A DNA stretch of 64,000 bases from Chloroflexota bacterium (GTDB lineage: Bacteria > Chloroflexota > Dehalococcoidia > UBA2979): NCBI GenBank assembly GCA_027593235.1, contig JAQCIU010000004.1, positions 77,581 through 141,580 of the forward strand, read 5' to 3'. Under the pieces are notes generated by a model. It was given only the letters and a program-made list of their open reading frames with translations. It was not told where the DNA came from and searched no databases. Shown piece after piece: positions 37,614 through 48,377 of this stretch. Numbering within the stretch: the first letter of the stretch is position 1; each line of letters opens with the position of its first letter. A program made the translations under genes and the position numbers.

Positions 37614-38849
37614 ATGAACGACGCGCCCGAGCCCAGCCTGGACTGGCTCGATGACGGTAGTGTGACCACTCCGGCCGGCTTCTCGGCTGGCGGCGTCTAC
37701 ACGGGTGTCAAGACCTACGGTCCCGAACCCCGCTTCGACCTCGGGGTGCTGCTCTCCGACCGTCCCTGCACCGTCGCCGGCGTGCTGACGAAGAACGCCG
37801 TGACCGGCCCCGCCGTGGCGCGTGCGCGCCGTCTGCTGACCGCCGCCGGCGCGGGACGCGCGATCTTCGCGAACTCCGGTTGCTCCAACACGGTCACCGG
37901 TCAGCAGGGCATCCGCGACACCGAGCGCCTGGCGCAGCTCACCGCCGAGCGCTTTGGGATCGACGCCTCGGAGGTGTTCATAGGGTCCACCGGGGTGATC
38001 GGCCGCCTGCTGCCGATGCCGCCGATCGAGGCTGGTATCGCCTCGTTGGAGCTGGCGCCCGAGGGCGGTCACCGCTTCGCGCGGGCGATCCTCACCACCG
38101 ACACCCGACCGAAGGAGACGGCCGTCCGCTTCGAGGTCGATGGCGTCAGCTATCACGTGGGCGGCTGCGCCAAGGGCTCCGGGATGATCCACCCGGACAT
38201 GGCGACGATGTTCGGTTTCATCACGACCGACGCACCCGTAGACCGGGCGTGGCTACAGGCCGCGGTCAGCCTGATCGCGGATCGCACGTTCAACATGCTC
38301 GATATCGACATGGACACCTCGACCAGCGACACGGTGCTGGTGCTCGCGAACGGCGCCGCCGGCGGCGAGACGGTCGGACGCGGCCATCCGGCCGCCGGTG
38401 CGCTGGCGCAGGCCCTCGAGGGTGTTGCTCGCTACCTGACCCGCGAACTCGCGCGCGACGGCGAAGGCGCGAGCACGTTGATCGAAGCGGTCGTCGGCGG
38501 CGCCGCGACGATGGAGGACGCACGGCTGGCCGCGCGGACGATCGTCTCGTCGCCGCTGGTGAAGACGATGGTCACCGGGCGCGACCCGAACTGGGGCCGC
38601 GTGATGATGGCGATCGGCCGCTCGGGCGCGCGCGTCGAGCAGGAGAAGGTCTCCGTCTGGGTGGGGCCGCATTGCGTCCTCGACAGTGGGACCCCCACCG
38701 CCGTCGACCTCAAGGCCGTGTCGCAGGCGATGAACGTCGCGGAGGTGCAGCTCCGCGTCGACCTCGCGCTCGGCGACGAAACGGCAACCGCGTGGGGCTG
38801 CGATCTGACTGCCGAATACGTCAGCATCAACGCGGACTACACCACATGA
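37614..38849 (+). CDS. argJ: Bifunctional ornithine acetyltransferase
   Basis: KGSGMIHPDMATM, STSD, RDGEGA, DPNWGR, INADYTT. Confidence 0.95.
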   Translation: MNDAPEPSLDWLDDGSVTTPAGFSAGGVYTGVKTYGPEPRFDLGVLLSDRPCTVAGVLTKNAVTGPAVARARRLLTAAGAGRAIFANSGCSNTVTGQQGIRDTERLAQLTAERFGIDASEVFIGSTGVIGRLLPMPPIEAGIASLELAPEGGHRFARAILTTDTRPKETAVRFEVDGVSYHVGGCAKGSGMIHPDMATMFGFITTDAPVDRAWLQAAVSLIADRTFNMLDIDMDTSTSDTVLVLANGAAGGETVGRGHPAAGALAQALEGVARYLTRELARDGEGASTLIEAVVGGAATMEDARLAARTIVSSPLVKTMVTGRDPNWGRVMMAIGRSGARVEQEKVSVWVGPHCVLDSGTPTAVDLKAVSQAMNVAEVQLRVDLALGDETATAWGCDLTAEYVSINADYTT

Positions 38850-39625
38850 CCGTCCAGGCGGCTGGCATCACTGTCGTCAAGATCGGCGGCTCCACCCTCG
38901 GCGCGGAGGACACCACGCTCGAGGATGTCGTCGCCCTCGCGCGTGAGGGACACCGCCCACTCGTGGTGCACGGTGGCGGCGCAATGATCAGCAGCTGGCT
39001 GGAGCGGATGGCGATCGAGGCGGTCTTCGTCGATGGTCTGCGCGCGACGAACGCCGACGCGTTGGACGTAGTGGTCGGCGTGCTCCGCGGCGTCGTGAAC
39101 GCGCGACTGGTCGCGCAGATCGTGGAGTTGGGCGGTCGCGCGATCGGCGTCAGCGGTATCGACGGTGGATCGATCCACGCCGAGCGGTACGACGAGCGCC
39201 TGGGATTCGTCGGGCGCGTGACCGGCGTGGACGCCAGCTTCTTCACCGACCTGATCGACGCTGGGGTGATCCCGGTCGTGGCGCCGATTGGCCTCGAGCG
39301 GCCCTCGCAACCGCTGAACATCAACGCCGACACCGTCGCCGGAGAGCTCGCGCGCGCAGTGCACGCTGAGCGCCTGCTGTTCATGACCGATGTCGATGGC
39401 TTGCTGGATGGAAACGGTGAGTTGATTGCCACCCTGGACGCCCAGCGCGCAGCTACGTTGCGTCAGGAAGGCGTCCTCACGGGTGGTATGATCCCGAAGG
39501 TAGACGCATGCCTCCGCGCGGCGGAGACCGGCACGGAGGCCTTTATCGCCAACGGCACACTCCCAGGCACTGTCCGACGCTTGTTTACCGATCAGCCGCT
39601 CGGCACCCGTGTGGGCGAGCGCTAA
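38846..39625 (+). CDS. argB: Acetylglutamate kinase
   Basis: VVKIGGS, VHGGG, NINAD, GGMIPKV; ATGA overlap with argJ. Confidence 0.93.
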   Translation: MTVQAAGITVVKIGGSTLGAEDTTLEDVVALAREGHRPLVVHGGGAMISSWLERMAIEAVFVDGLRATNADALDVVVGVLRGVVNARLVAQIVELGGRAIGVSGIDGGSIHAERYDERLGFVGRVTGVDASFFTDLIDAGVIPVVAPIGLERPSQPLNINADTVAGELARAVHAERLLFMTDVDGLLDGNGELIATLDAQRAATLRQEGVLTGGMIPKVDACLRAAETGTEAFIANGTLPGTVRRLFTDQPLGTRVGER

Positions 39626-39629
39626 GCCG

Positions 39630-42440
39630 ATGGGTTTCTTCGACGACCGCGAACGTGGCGACCTTGGGCCACCCCCGGAACCGTTCCGAATTGGTGGTAA
39701 CATGCCGGAGTTCCGATCCACCGTTCCGCTGCGCTGGATCGGCGTGGCGGCGGCAGTCCTCGTCGGTTTCATCGTCCTCAGCGTCCTGAAGTCGATCTAC
39801 GTCGATGTCCTGTGGTTCGACTCGGTCGGCTACCAGAGCGTCTTCCGCCGGGTGCTGGTCGCACGTATCTCGCTGTTCTTCGTGGGCGCCGCGATCACGG
39901 TCGCTGTAATCGGCGCCAACATCTTCCTCGCGCGCCGGCTCGCACCGCGCGGCCCCGAGGAGTCCTTCATCGAGGAAGTCGACGTGGTCGCGCTGCGGCG
40001 GATCGTCGCGGTGGTGCTGATCGCCGGAACGATTTTCCTCGGGGTGATCTTCGGCTCGGTGGCCGGCGGCTCATGGGAGACCGTGCTCTCGTGGCTGAAC
40101 GGCGTCGAGTTCGGCCGAGAAGACCCGCAGTTCGGGCGTGACATCTCCTTCTACATGTTCAGTCTGCCCGCGTATCAGCTCATCCAGGGCTGGTTCCTCG
40201 GCCTGTTGATCGTCTCCACCCTCGCGGCCGGCGCGGTCTACGCACTCTCGCTCTCCCTGCAGGGGTTCGAACTCAACGTGACGCGCGGAATGCGGATCCA
40301 CCTCTCCGTGCTGCTCGGCATCATCCTGCTGCTGATTGCGTTGAGCACCTACCTCAGCATCTTCGACCTCGTGCTGTCGCCGGGCGGCATCGTGGACGGC
40401 GCGACCTACACCGACATCAACGCCCGGCTGCCGGTCCGCTACATCCTGATTGCCATCGCGCTGTTCGCCGGGCTGGCGACGATTGCCAACGCCTTCCTGT
40501 CGCAGGACAGCTACCGCCTGCCGTTGTTCGCCTTCGGGCTGTGGGCCGTCACTGGACTGCTGGGCGGCGTCCTCTACCCGAACTTCGTTCAGTCGTTCCA
40601 GGTCGAGCCGAACGAACGTGAGCGCGAAGAGCAGTACATCGCGCGCAACATCGACGCGACGCGGTTCGCCTACGGCCTCGCCGAGATCGTCGAGACGCAG
40701 TTCCCGGCGGAGCAGTCGGTCACGCGTGAGGCGCTCGCCGCGAACCCGCAGACCATCGACAACATCCGCATCCTGGACCCGCGTCCGCTGCGTGACACCT
40801 TCAACCAGGTGCAGGCGATCCGCCAGTTCTACCTGTTCAACGACGTCGACGTGGATCGCTACGTCCTCGATGGCCAGGTACGACAGGTGATGCTGTCGCC
40901 GCGTGAGCTGGACATCAGCCGCGCGCAGGAACGGAACTGGACGCGCGAGCGGCTCCAGTTGACGCACGGATTCGGCGCCGTCGTGGCGCCGGTCAATGAG
41001 GTCCTCGAGGAGGGCCTGCCGGACTTCATCACACGCGACATCCCGCCCGTGAGCGAGCAGCTCGAGCTGTCGATCGAGGGATCCCGGATCTACTTCGGCG
41101 AGATCACGAACGAGTACGTGATCCTCAACTCGAACGAGCCGGAGTTCGACTACCCGCTGGGTGAAGGCAACGCGGAGACGTTCTACGAGCCGAAGCGCGG
41201 CATCGAACTCTCCTCGTTCGCGCGTCGGTTCGCGCTCGCCTGGGAACTCGGCGACACCAACCTCATGATCTCGGGGCAGATCAACAGCGACTCGCGCCTG
41301 CTGATCCACCGGAGCATCCAGAACCGGATCGACAAGGTCGCGCCGTTCCTCGTGCTCGACCAGGATCCGTACATGGTGATCCTCGACGGGCGGATCATCT
41401 GGATCCAGTCGGCCTACACGGTGTCCGACCGGTTCCCCTACTCGCAGCAATCACGTGGCTCGGTGAACTACATCCGGGATAGCGTGAAGATCGTCGTGGA
41501 CGCCGTCACTGGCGACATGACGTTCTACCTCCAAGACTCGGATGATCCGGTTGCCGCCACCTGGGCGAAGATTTTCCCGGACCTGTTCGCGCCTGACGCG
41601 GAGATGCCGCAGGCGATCCGCGACCACCTCCGCTACCCGTTGGACATGTTCTCGCTTCAGGCAGAGCTGTACCTGCGCTACCACATCACCAATCCGGACG
41701 TGTTCTTCATCGGCGAGGACGTCTGGAACATCCCGACGGAACGGTTCCGCCAGCAAGAGCAGCCGGTTGAGCCGTACTACGTCTTGATGACGCTCCCGAG
41801 CGCCGAGCCTGATGTCGAAGAGCAGCTCGAGTTCGTGCTGATCATGCCGTTCACGCCGCGCAACCGGCAGAACACCGTCGCCTGGCTGGCCGGGCGATCG
41901 GATGGCGACGAGTACGGATCGCTCCGCGCCTACCGCTTCCCCACCGACGACCTCGTCTTCGGCCCGGCACAGATCGAGGCGCGCATCGACCAGAACCCGG
42001 GCATCTCGCAGCAGATCACGCTGTGGGACCAGGCCGGCTCCGAGGTGATCCGCGGCAACCTGCTGATGATCCCGATCGGTCAGTCGTTCCTCTTCGTCGA
42101 ACCGATCTACCTCCAGGCCGAGAACTCGCGGCTGCCGGAGCTGGTCCGCGTCGTCGTCGCCAACGGCAACGCGATCGCGATGGAGCCGACCTTCGAGCGC
42201 GCGCTGGAAGTCGTCCTTGGACGCGCCGCGTCGAGCCTCCCCGGGGCCGGTGACCTTGGCGGCGGCGTGATCACGACCGATGCCACGCCAACCGCGGTAC
42301 CGGGCAGCGGAACGCCCAGCGGCAGCCTGAGCGAGTTGCTGCGGGACGCCCGCGACGCCGCGGACGCCGCAGAGGCCGACCTCAACCGGCTGCGGGCACT
42401 CCTCGACGCGATCGAGCGCGAGCAGGCATCCGGCAACTAG
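39630..42440 (+). CDS. UPF0182 family membrane protein
   Basis: LWFDSVGY, DPQFGRDISFY, DVDRY, THGFG, NYIRDSVK, GNLLMIPIG. Confidence 0.9.
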   Translation: MGFFDDRERGDLGPPPEPFRIGGNMPEFRSTVPLRWIGVAAAVLVGFIVLSVLKSIYVDVLWFDSVGYQSVFRRVLVARISLFFVGAAITVAVIGANIFLARRLAPRGPEESFIEEVDVVALRRIVAVVLIAGTIFLGVIFGSVAGGSWETVLSWLNGVEFGREDPQFGRDISFYMFSLPAYQLIQGWFLGLLIVSTLAAGAVYALSLSLQGFELNVTRGMRIHLSVLLGIILLLIALSTYLSIFDLVLSPGGIVDGATYTDINARLPVRYILIAIALFAGLATIANAFLSQDSYRLPLFAFGLWAVTGLLGGVLYPNFVQSFQVEPNEREREEQYIARNIDATRFAYGLAEIVETQFPAEQSVTREALAANPQTIDNIRILDPRPLRDTFNQVQAIRQFYLFNDVDVDRYVLDGQVRQVMLSPRELDISRAQERNWTRERLQLTHGFGAVVAPVNEVLEEGLPDFITRDIPPVSEQLELSIEGSRIYFGEITNEYVILNSNEPEFDYPLGEGNAETFYEPKRGIELSSFARRFALAWELGDTNLMISGQINSDSRLLIHRSIQNRIDKVAPFLVLDQDPYMVILDGRIIWIQSAYTVSDRFPYSQQSRGSVNYIRDSVKIVVDAVTGDMTFYLQDSDDPVAATWAKIFPDLFAPDAEMPQAIRDHLRYPLDMFSLQAELYLRYHITNPDVFFIGEDVWNIPTERFRQQEQPVEPYYVLMTLPSAEPDVEEQLEFVLIMPFTPRNRQNTVAWLAGRSDGDEYGSLRAYRFPTDDLVFGPAQIEARIDQNPGISQQITLWDQAGSEVIRGNLLMIPIGQSFLFVEPIYLQAENSRLPELVRVVVANGNAIAMEPTFERALEVVLGRAASSLPGAGDLGGGVITTDATPTAVPGSGTPSGSLSELLRDARDAADAAEADLNRLRALLDAIEREQASGN

Positions 42441-42717
42441 GCAGCCCCTCGGCAGCCCGATAGCCCTCGTTCGCCCGACCGCCCTCGGCGGTCGGAGCTC
42501 GCGCTGGTGTCTCACCATCGCGTGAGTCCACGATCGACGCATCGAGGCAGGCTTCGGTCACTCGATCCGCAGTAACAATGGCCGTCCGGACGCGATCACC
42601 GCGTGGTGGAGTGCTGAAAACGGCAAGCCTTGACGCTCGGTCACGCGACCGCGCCCTCGCCGCGCGGTAGGCTGTCTGTTCCTCAATGCACACGTGCCCA
42701 ACACAAGGAGACAGACC

Positions 42718-43908
42718 GTGGGCGACATTCCCTCCCGAGAAGCGGCGATTCATATGCAGACCGGCCGCCGTCTGCCGATCACGCTGGTTCGCGGTGAGGG
42801 CACGCGTGTCTGGGACGACGAGGGCAACGAATACCTCGACTTCATCGCCGGCATCGCCTCGGACACCCTGGGCCACGCCGATGAGGGTCTGGCCGAGGTG
42901 ATCTCGAAGCAGGCGCGGACGCTGATCCACGTCTCGAACATCTTCTACACGGTCCCGCAGATCGAGCTGGGCGAATGGCTCATCGAGCACTCCGTCCTCG
43001 ATCGCGTCTTCTTCGCGAACTCCGGCGCCGAGGCCAATGAGGCGGCGATCAAGCTCGCGCGGAAGTGGGGCATCCAGAACCGCGACGGCGCCTACGAGAT
43101 CATCTCGACGCACAACAGCTTCCACGGCCGGACGCTGACGACCGTGGCCGCGACCGGAACCCCCGCGTACCGCGAGCCGTTCGGCCCGCCAACGCCCGGC
43201 TTCGTCTTCGTCGACTACAACAGCATGGCGGCCCTGCGCGAAGCGACCACACCGCGCACGGCGGCAATCATGCTCGAGCCGATCCAGGGCGAGGGCGGCG
43301 TCAATGTGCCGGACGCCGACTATCTGAAGCAGGTCCGCGCCTGGTGCGACGAGCAGGGAATCCTGTTAATCCTCGACGAGATCCAGACCGGCATCGGACG
43401 AACCGGCACGGTCTGGGCGTACGAGCAGGCGGGCGTGGAGCCGGACATCATGACGTCCGCGAAAGGCATCGCCGGCGGGGTCCCGCTCGGAGCCGTCCTC
43501 GCGAAGGAGCACGCCTGCGTCTTCGTACCGGGCGACCACGGATCCACCTTCGGCGGCAACCCGCTCGCCACGGCAGCGGGCGCCTACGTGGTGCGCCAAC
43601 TCCACGCGCGAGGCGTCCTGGAGAACGCGAAGGCGCGCGGCCAGCAGCTCAGCCAGCGACTCGCGGGCCTCGAGGATCGCCACCCGCTGGTGATCGGCGA
43701 GGCGGGCGGCGGGCTCCTCCGCCGGCTCGAACTGGCCGAAGACGTCGCGGGCGAGGTGGCGACCAAGGCGCGCGAGCGCGGACTGCTGCTGAACCCCGTT
43801 CGCCCGAATCGCGTGCGGTTCATGCCGCCACTGACCGTCACGGCTGCCGAGATCGATCAGGCCGTTGATATCGTGGAAGCGGTATTGACCGAGCTCGAGG
43901 CCAAATAG
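42718..43908 (+). CDS. argD: Acetylornithine aminotransferase
   Basis: NSGAEANEAA, FHGRT, EPIQGEGG, DEIQTG, AKG; AAGGAG RBS before GTG. Confidence 0.92.
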   Translation: MGDIPSREAAIHMQTGRRLPITLVRGEGTRVWDDEGNEYLDFIAGIASDTLGHADEGLAEVISKQARTLIHVSNIFYTVPQIELGEWLIEHSVLDRVFFANSGAEANEAAIKLARKWGIQNRDGAYEIISTHNSFHGRTLTTVAATGTPAYREPFGPPTPGFVFVDYNSMAALREATTPRTAAIMLEPIQGEGGVNVPDADYLKQVRAWCDEQGILLILDEIQTGIGRTGTVWAYEQAGVEPDIMTSAKGIAGGVPLGAVLAKEHACVFVPGDHGSTFGGNPLATAAGAYVVRQLHARGVLENAKARGQQLSQRLAGLEDRHPLVIGEAGGGLLRRLELAEDVAGEVATKARERGLLLNPVRPNRVRFMPPLTVTAAEIDQAVDIVEAVLTELEAK

Positions 43909-43964
43909 GCGGGGTTCGCACCCGCACCCAATCTCCGCCTGCTCTCACTCCCGATGGGGGTCTC

Positions 43965-45215
43965 ATGACCGAGAAGATCGTGCTCGCCTACTCCGGCGGG
44001 CTGGACACGTCCGTTGCCTGCAAGTGGCTCCAGGAGACCTACGGCTACGAGGTGCACTGCCTCACGGTCGACCTTGGCAACCTGCCCGACATCGAGGGCG
44101 CGCGTTTGCGCGGCGAGCAGGCCGGCGCCGCGAGCGTCGAGCTGGTCGACGCGAAGGAGGACTTCCTCAACTACTTCGTGTTCCCGGCGCTGCAGGCGAA
44201 CGCGCTCTACCAGGGCGAGTACCCGCTCGCGACCGCCCTCGGACGGCCGTTGATCGCGAAGCTGCTGGTCGACAAGGCGCGCGCGATCGGCGCAACGGCG
44301 GTGGCGCACGGCTGCACCGGCAAGGGGAACGACCAGGTCCGCCTCGATATCGCGATCGGCACGCTGGCGGCCGACCTCAAGATCATTGGCACCGCGCGCG
44401 AGAACGAGATGAGCCGCGACGCGGCGCTCGCCTACGCCGCCAAGCACGGCATCACCGTCCGCCAGACCACCGAGGCGCCCTACTCCACCGACGAGAACCT
44501 CTGGGGTCGCTCGGTGGAGTGCGGTGAGCTCGAGGACCCGTGGGCCGAGCCGCCCGCCGACGTCTGGTTCTGGACGCGCAACATCGATGACACGCCGGCT
44601 GAGCCCGCCGTGATCGAGATCGCTTTCGAGCAGGGCATCCCCGTCTCGCTCGACGGAGAGCGCCTCGACCCCGTCTCGCTCGTCCAGCGTCTCTCCAACC
44701 TCGGCGCCGAGCACGGCGTCGGGCGCATCGACATGGTCGAGGACCGCGTCGTCGGCATTAAGTCGCGCGAGGTCTACGAGGCACCGGCGGCGGTGATCCT
44801 GATCGCCGCGCACAAGCAGCTTGAGCAGCTCACGCTCTCGAAGGCCCAGCACCGGATGAAGGCGCGCGTCGCCGACGAGTACGCCGACCTGGTGTACGGC
44901 GGCCACTGGTTCAGCGCGCACCACCGCGACCTCGCGGCGTACGTGCAGTCCTCGCAGCAGGACGTGACTGGCGAGGTGCGCATCCAGCTCCACCGTGGCA
45001 ACGTCCGCACGCTCGGCAAGCAGGCCGCACGCAGCCTCTACAGCAAGGAACTCGCCACCTACGGCGACGACGACCTGTTCGACCAGAAGGCCGCGCAGGG
45101 CTTCATCAAGCTGCACGGCCTCGCGGTACAGGTGCAGGCGCACCGCCAGCTTCTGCAGGACAAGCGCGACCCGCTGCACCTCGCCGCTCCGCCCCGCGAT
45201 AGCAGCGACCGCTAG
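43965..45215 (+). CDS. argG: Argininosuccinate synthase
   Basis: LAYSGGLDTS, HGCTGKGNDQVR, GIKSREVYEAP. Confidence 0.96.
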   Translation: MTEKIVLAYSGGLDTSVACKWLQETYGYEVHCLTVDLGNLPDIEGARLRGEQAGAASVELVDAKEDFLNYFVFPALQANALYQGEYPLATALGRPLIAKLLVDKARAIGATAVAHGCTGKGNDQVRLDIAIGTLAADLKIIGTARENEMSRDAALAYAAKHGITVRQTTEAPYSTDENLWGRSVECGELEDPWAEPPADVWFWTRNIDDTPAEPAVIEIAFEQGIPVSLDGERLDPVSLVQRLSNLGAEHGVGRIDMVEDRVVGIKSREVYEAPAAVILIAAHKQLEQLTLSKAQHRMKARVADEYADLVYGGHWFSAHHRDLAAYVQSSQQDVTGEVRIQLHRGNVRTLGKQAARSLYSKELATYGDDDLFDQKAAQGFIKLHGLAVQVQAHRQLLQDKRDPLHLAAPPRDSSDR

Positions 45216-45231
45216 CCACGTGGGCGGGCCG

Positions 45232-46083
45232 ATGCGGCGCATCGTGCTCGCCGACAACCTCGAGGTCTTGCGGTCGCTTCCGGACGCGTCGATCGATCTG
45301 ATCTACCTCGATCCGCCCTTCAACACCGGGCGCACACAGCGCCGCACCACGGTGCGCGCGGAACGCGTCGAGGATGGCGGGGCGCCCGGCGATCGCACCG
45401 GCTTCGGTGGTCACCGTTACCGCACCACCGAACTTGGTTCACAAGCCTTCAACGACGCTTTCGACGACTTCCTCGGATTCCTCGAACCGCGGCTCGTCGA
45501 GTGTCACCGCGTGCTGGCGGCGAACGGGTCGCTCTTCCTGCACCTCGATCCTCGCGAGTCGCACTACGCGAAGGTGCTGCTGGACGGGCTCTTCGGCCGG
45601 GACAGCTTCATGAACGAGATCGTCTGGGCGTACGACTACGGCGGGCGGTCGAAACGACGCTGGCCCGCGAAGCATGACGTGATCCTCTGGTACGCGAAGG
45701 ACCCTGCGAACTACACGTTCAACTACGACGCGATCGACCGCATCCCGTACATGGCTCCGAAGCTGGTGACCGAGGAGAAGGCCGCGCGCGGCAAGGTACC
45801 GACGGACGTGTGGTGGCAGACGATCGTCCCCACCTCCGGCGCGGAGCGCACCGGCTATCCCACGCAGAAGCCGCTGGCGGTCCTCAATCGCATCGTTCGA
45901 GTGCACTCCAATCCCGGCGGTCTGGTCGCGGACTTTTTCGCCGGATCCGGCACCACGGGCGAGGCCGCCGCCCGCAACGATCGAGGGTTCCTGCTGGTCG
46001 ACGAGCATGCCGAGGCGATCGAGGTGATGCGGACGCGCCTCGCGGCCTGGGAACCTGACATCGAGCGCCCTTTCCGACCCTGA
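45232..46083 (+). CDS. Orphan N4/N6 DNA methyltransferase (beta class)
   Basis: IYLDPPFN, YPTQKP, DFFAGSGTT; no cognate restriction nuclease nearby. Confidence 0.88.
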   Translation: MRRIVLADNLEVLRSLPDASIDLIYLDPPFNTGRTQRRTTVRAERVEDGGAPGDRTGFGGHRYRTTELGSQAFNDAFDDFLGFLEPRLVECHRVLAANGSLFLHLDPRESHYAKVLLDGLFGRDSFMNEIVWAYDYGGRSKRRWPAKHDVILWYAKDPANYTFNYDAIDRIPYMAPKLVTEEKAARGKVPTDVWWQTIVPTSGAERTGYPTQKPLAVLNRIVRVHSNPGGLVADFFAGSGTTGEAAARNDRGFLLVDEHAEAIEVMRTRLAAWEPDIERPFRP

Positions 46084-46120
46084 AGACGACGCAACGGGCT
46101 AAACCACCCGATCATCAAGC

Positions 46121-46918
46121 ATGTCGATCGACAATGACTGGTACGACGACCTGGGTGATCGATGGTGGGATCGGCGTGGGCCGGTTGCGGCGCTGCACGA
46201 TTTCAACGTCGCGCGAACCGGCTACGCCGTCGGCGTGATCCGCGGGCGCCTGGCAGACCTCGAGCGGCCGCGCGTGCTCGATGTCGGCGCTGGTGGCGGT
46301 CTCTTCAGCACCAGCCTCGCCGCCGCCGGGTTCGAGGTCGTGGGCATCGATGCCTCGCGGCCCTCGCTGTGCGCGGCACGGCGGCACGCCGCCGGAACTC
46401 CCGAGGGCTGCGCGCCCTCGTACGTCGCGGGCAACGCGATGTTGCTGCCGTTCCGCGATGCGACCTTCGACGTCGCGGTCTGCTCCGAGGTGCTGGAGCA
46501 CGTCGCCTCCCCGGAACAATTGATCGAAGAGGTCGCGCGGGTGCTCCGTCCCGGCGGCATCTTCTGTTTCGATACGCCGAATCGCACCTGGCTGGCGCGG
46601 ATCGGCCTGATCGCGATCGCCGAAAACATCGGCTGGGCGCCACGCGGGACCCATGATCTCGATCGGTTCCTCACCCCGGAAGAGATCCGCGAGTACGCCA
46701 CCACGGCCGGGCTCCGCATCCGGGATCTGCGTGGATTTACGCTTCGGAAGCAGGCGCTAGGCGCGATGGTCGGCTATCTCCGTCGTCGCGACATCGGAGG
46801 CTTCCGGCTCACGGATGACCTCCGGTTCGTCATGACCGGCTACGCGGAGAAACCGCGCCCCCCGGAACTCGCCGTCGTCGGCGCAGCGCCGATAGCCGCC
46901 GCCGAGGACGCGCGCTAG
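46121..46918 (+). CDS. UbiG-like SAM-dependent O-methyltransferase
   Basis: WWD..GP...LH..N..R, LDVGAGGG, SEVLEHV, DTPNRT, GTHD. Confidence 0.8.
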   Translation: MSIDNDWYDDLGDRWWDRRGPVAALHDFNVARTGYAVGVIRGRLADLERPRVLDVGAGGGLFSTSLAAAGFEVVGIDASRPSLCAARRHAAGTPEGCAPSYVAGNAMLLPFRDATFDVAVCSEVLEHVASPEQLIEEVARVLRPGGIFCFDTPNRTWLARIGLIAIAENIGWAPRGTHDLDRFLTPEEIREYATTAGLRIRDLRGFTLRKQALGAMVGYLRRRDIGGFRLTDDLRFVMTGYAEKPRPPELAVVGAAPIAAAEDAR

Positions 46919-46940
46919 CCTCCCTGCGCGGGAGGGCGAG

Positions 46941-48377
46941 ATGACGAACGAACCGGGTCAGGCGAATGAACCGCCGATCAAGCTCTGGGGCGGACGCTTC
47001 AGCGGCGACACAAACGCGCTGGTCGACGCCTTCAACGCTTCGATTGATTTCGACCGCCGCCTCTACCGCGAGGACATCGCCGGCTCGATCGCCCACGCCC
47101 GAATGCTCGCCAGCCGCGAGATCATCTCGATCGACGACCGCGATGCGATCGTTGCCGGGCTGGAGGAAATCCGCGACGAGATCGACGCGGACGAGTTCGA
47201 GTTCCGGATCGATCGCGAGGACATCCACCTCAACATCGAGGCGGCGCTGATCGAGCGGATCGGCGATGCCGGCCGTCGTCTGCACACCGGTCGTTCGAGG
47301 AATGACCAGGTCGCCACGGATACACGCCTGTTCGCGCGTGCCGCCTGCGATCAGATCCTGATCGAGCTGCGCCAGATCCGGGAGTCGCTGCTTGACCTCG
47401 CCGATCGCGAGGCGGAGACGGTGATTCCGGGCTACACGCACCTGCAACGGGCGCAGCCGATCCTACTCGCCCATCACCTGCTGGCCTACGAGGCGATGTT
47501 CACCCGCGACAGCGAGCGCTTCGCACAGGCGCGGGTGCGCGTGAACGTCTCGCCGCTGGGCGCGGGCGCCCTCGCAGGTGTGACCTACCCGATCGACCGT
47601 GAGATGACCGCGCGCGAACTTGGCTTTGACGCGATCACCTCGAACAGCCTTGATGCCGTCTCAGATCGCGACTTCGTGGTCGATGTGCACTCCGCCGCGT
47701 CGCTGGCAATGGTCCATCTCTCGCGGCTCTCCGAAGAGCTGATCCTCTGGGTCTCGGCCGAGTTCCGCTTCGCGAAGCTGGACGACGCCTTCGCGACCGG
47801 GTCGAGCATCATGCCGCAGAAGAAGAACGCGGACGTCGCCGAACTGACGCGCGGCAAGAGCGCGCGCGTGATCGGCAACCTGATGCAGTCGCTCGCCCTG
47901 CTGAAGAGCCAGCCACTGGCCTACAACAAGGACAACCAGGAGGACAAAGAGCCGCTCTTCGACACCGTCGATACGATGCTGATCTGCCTGCGGGTGATGA
48001 GCGCGATGCTGCCGACGATGACCTTCAACGCGCGCGACACGGCCGAGGCGGCCGTTGCCGACTTCGCGCTCGCGACCGACTACGCCGACTACCTAGCGAA
48101 GCATGGCGTCCCGTTCCGCGACGCTCACGAGGCGATCGGCGCCCTGGTCGCACGCTGCGAACGCGAAGGCCGCACGTTCGATGAACTCAGCCTGGAGGAG
48201 CTCCAGCAGGTGCACCCGGCGTTCGAGGCTGACGCGCTCGACATCAACCTCACGAGCGCCCTGGCAGCGCGCGATGTTCCCGGTGGCACCGCGCCCGTGG
48301 CAGTCGCCAGTGCGCGCGCAGCCGCGCGCACCCGGCTCGAGGCCGAGCAGGCTGGTGCGCCGGGAGCCTGGGTGTGA
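46941..48377 (+). CDS. argH: Argininosuccinate lyase
   Basis: LWGGRF, GRSRNDQ, TGSSIMPQKKN, YNKD. Confidence 0.96.
   Translation: MTNEPGQANEPPIKLWGGRFSGDTNALVDAFNASIDFDRRLYREDIAGSIAHARMLASREIISIDDRDAIVAGLEEIRDEIDADEFEFRIDREDIHLNIEAALIERIGDAGRRLHTGRSRNDQVATDTRLFARAACDQILIELRQIRESLLDLADREAETVIPGYTHLQRAQPILLAHHLLAYEAMFTRDSERFAQARVRVNVSPLGAGALAGVTYPIDREMTARELGFDAITSNSLDAVSDRDFVVDVHSAASLAMVHLSRLSEELILWVSAEFRFAKLDDAFATGSSIMPQKKNADVAELTRGKSARVIGNLMQSLALLKSQPLAYNKDNQEDKEPLFDTVDTMLICLRVMSAMLPTMTFNARDTAEAAVADFALATDYADYLAKHGVPFRDAHEAIGALVARCEREGRTFDELSLEELQQVHPAFEADALDINLTSALAARDVPGGTAPVAVASARAAARTRLEAEQAGAPGAWV

Noticed and set aside
45232-46083. Restriction-modification or defence island
   Set aside because: No nuclease, integrase, flanking repeats or compositional shift
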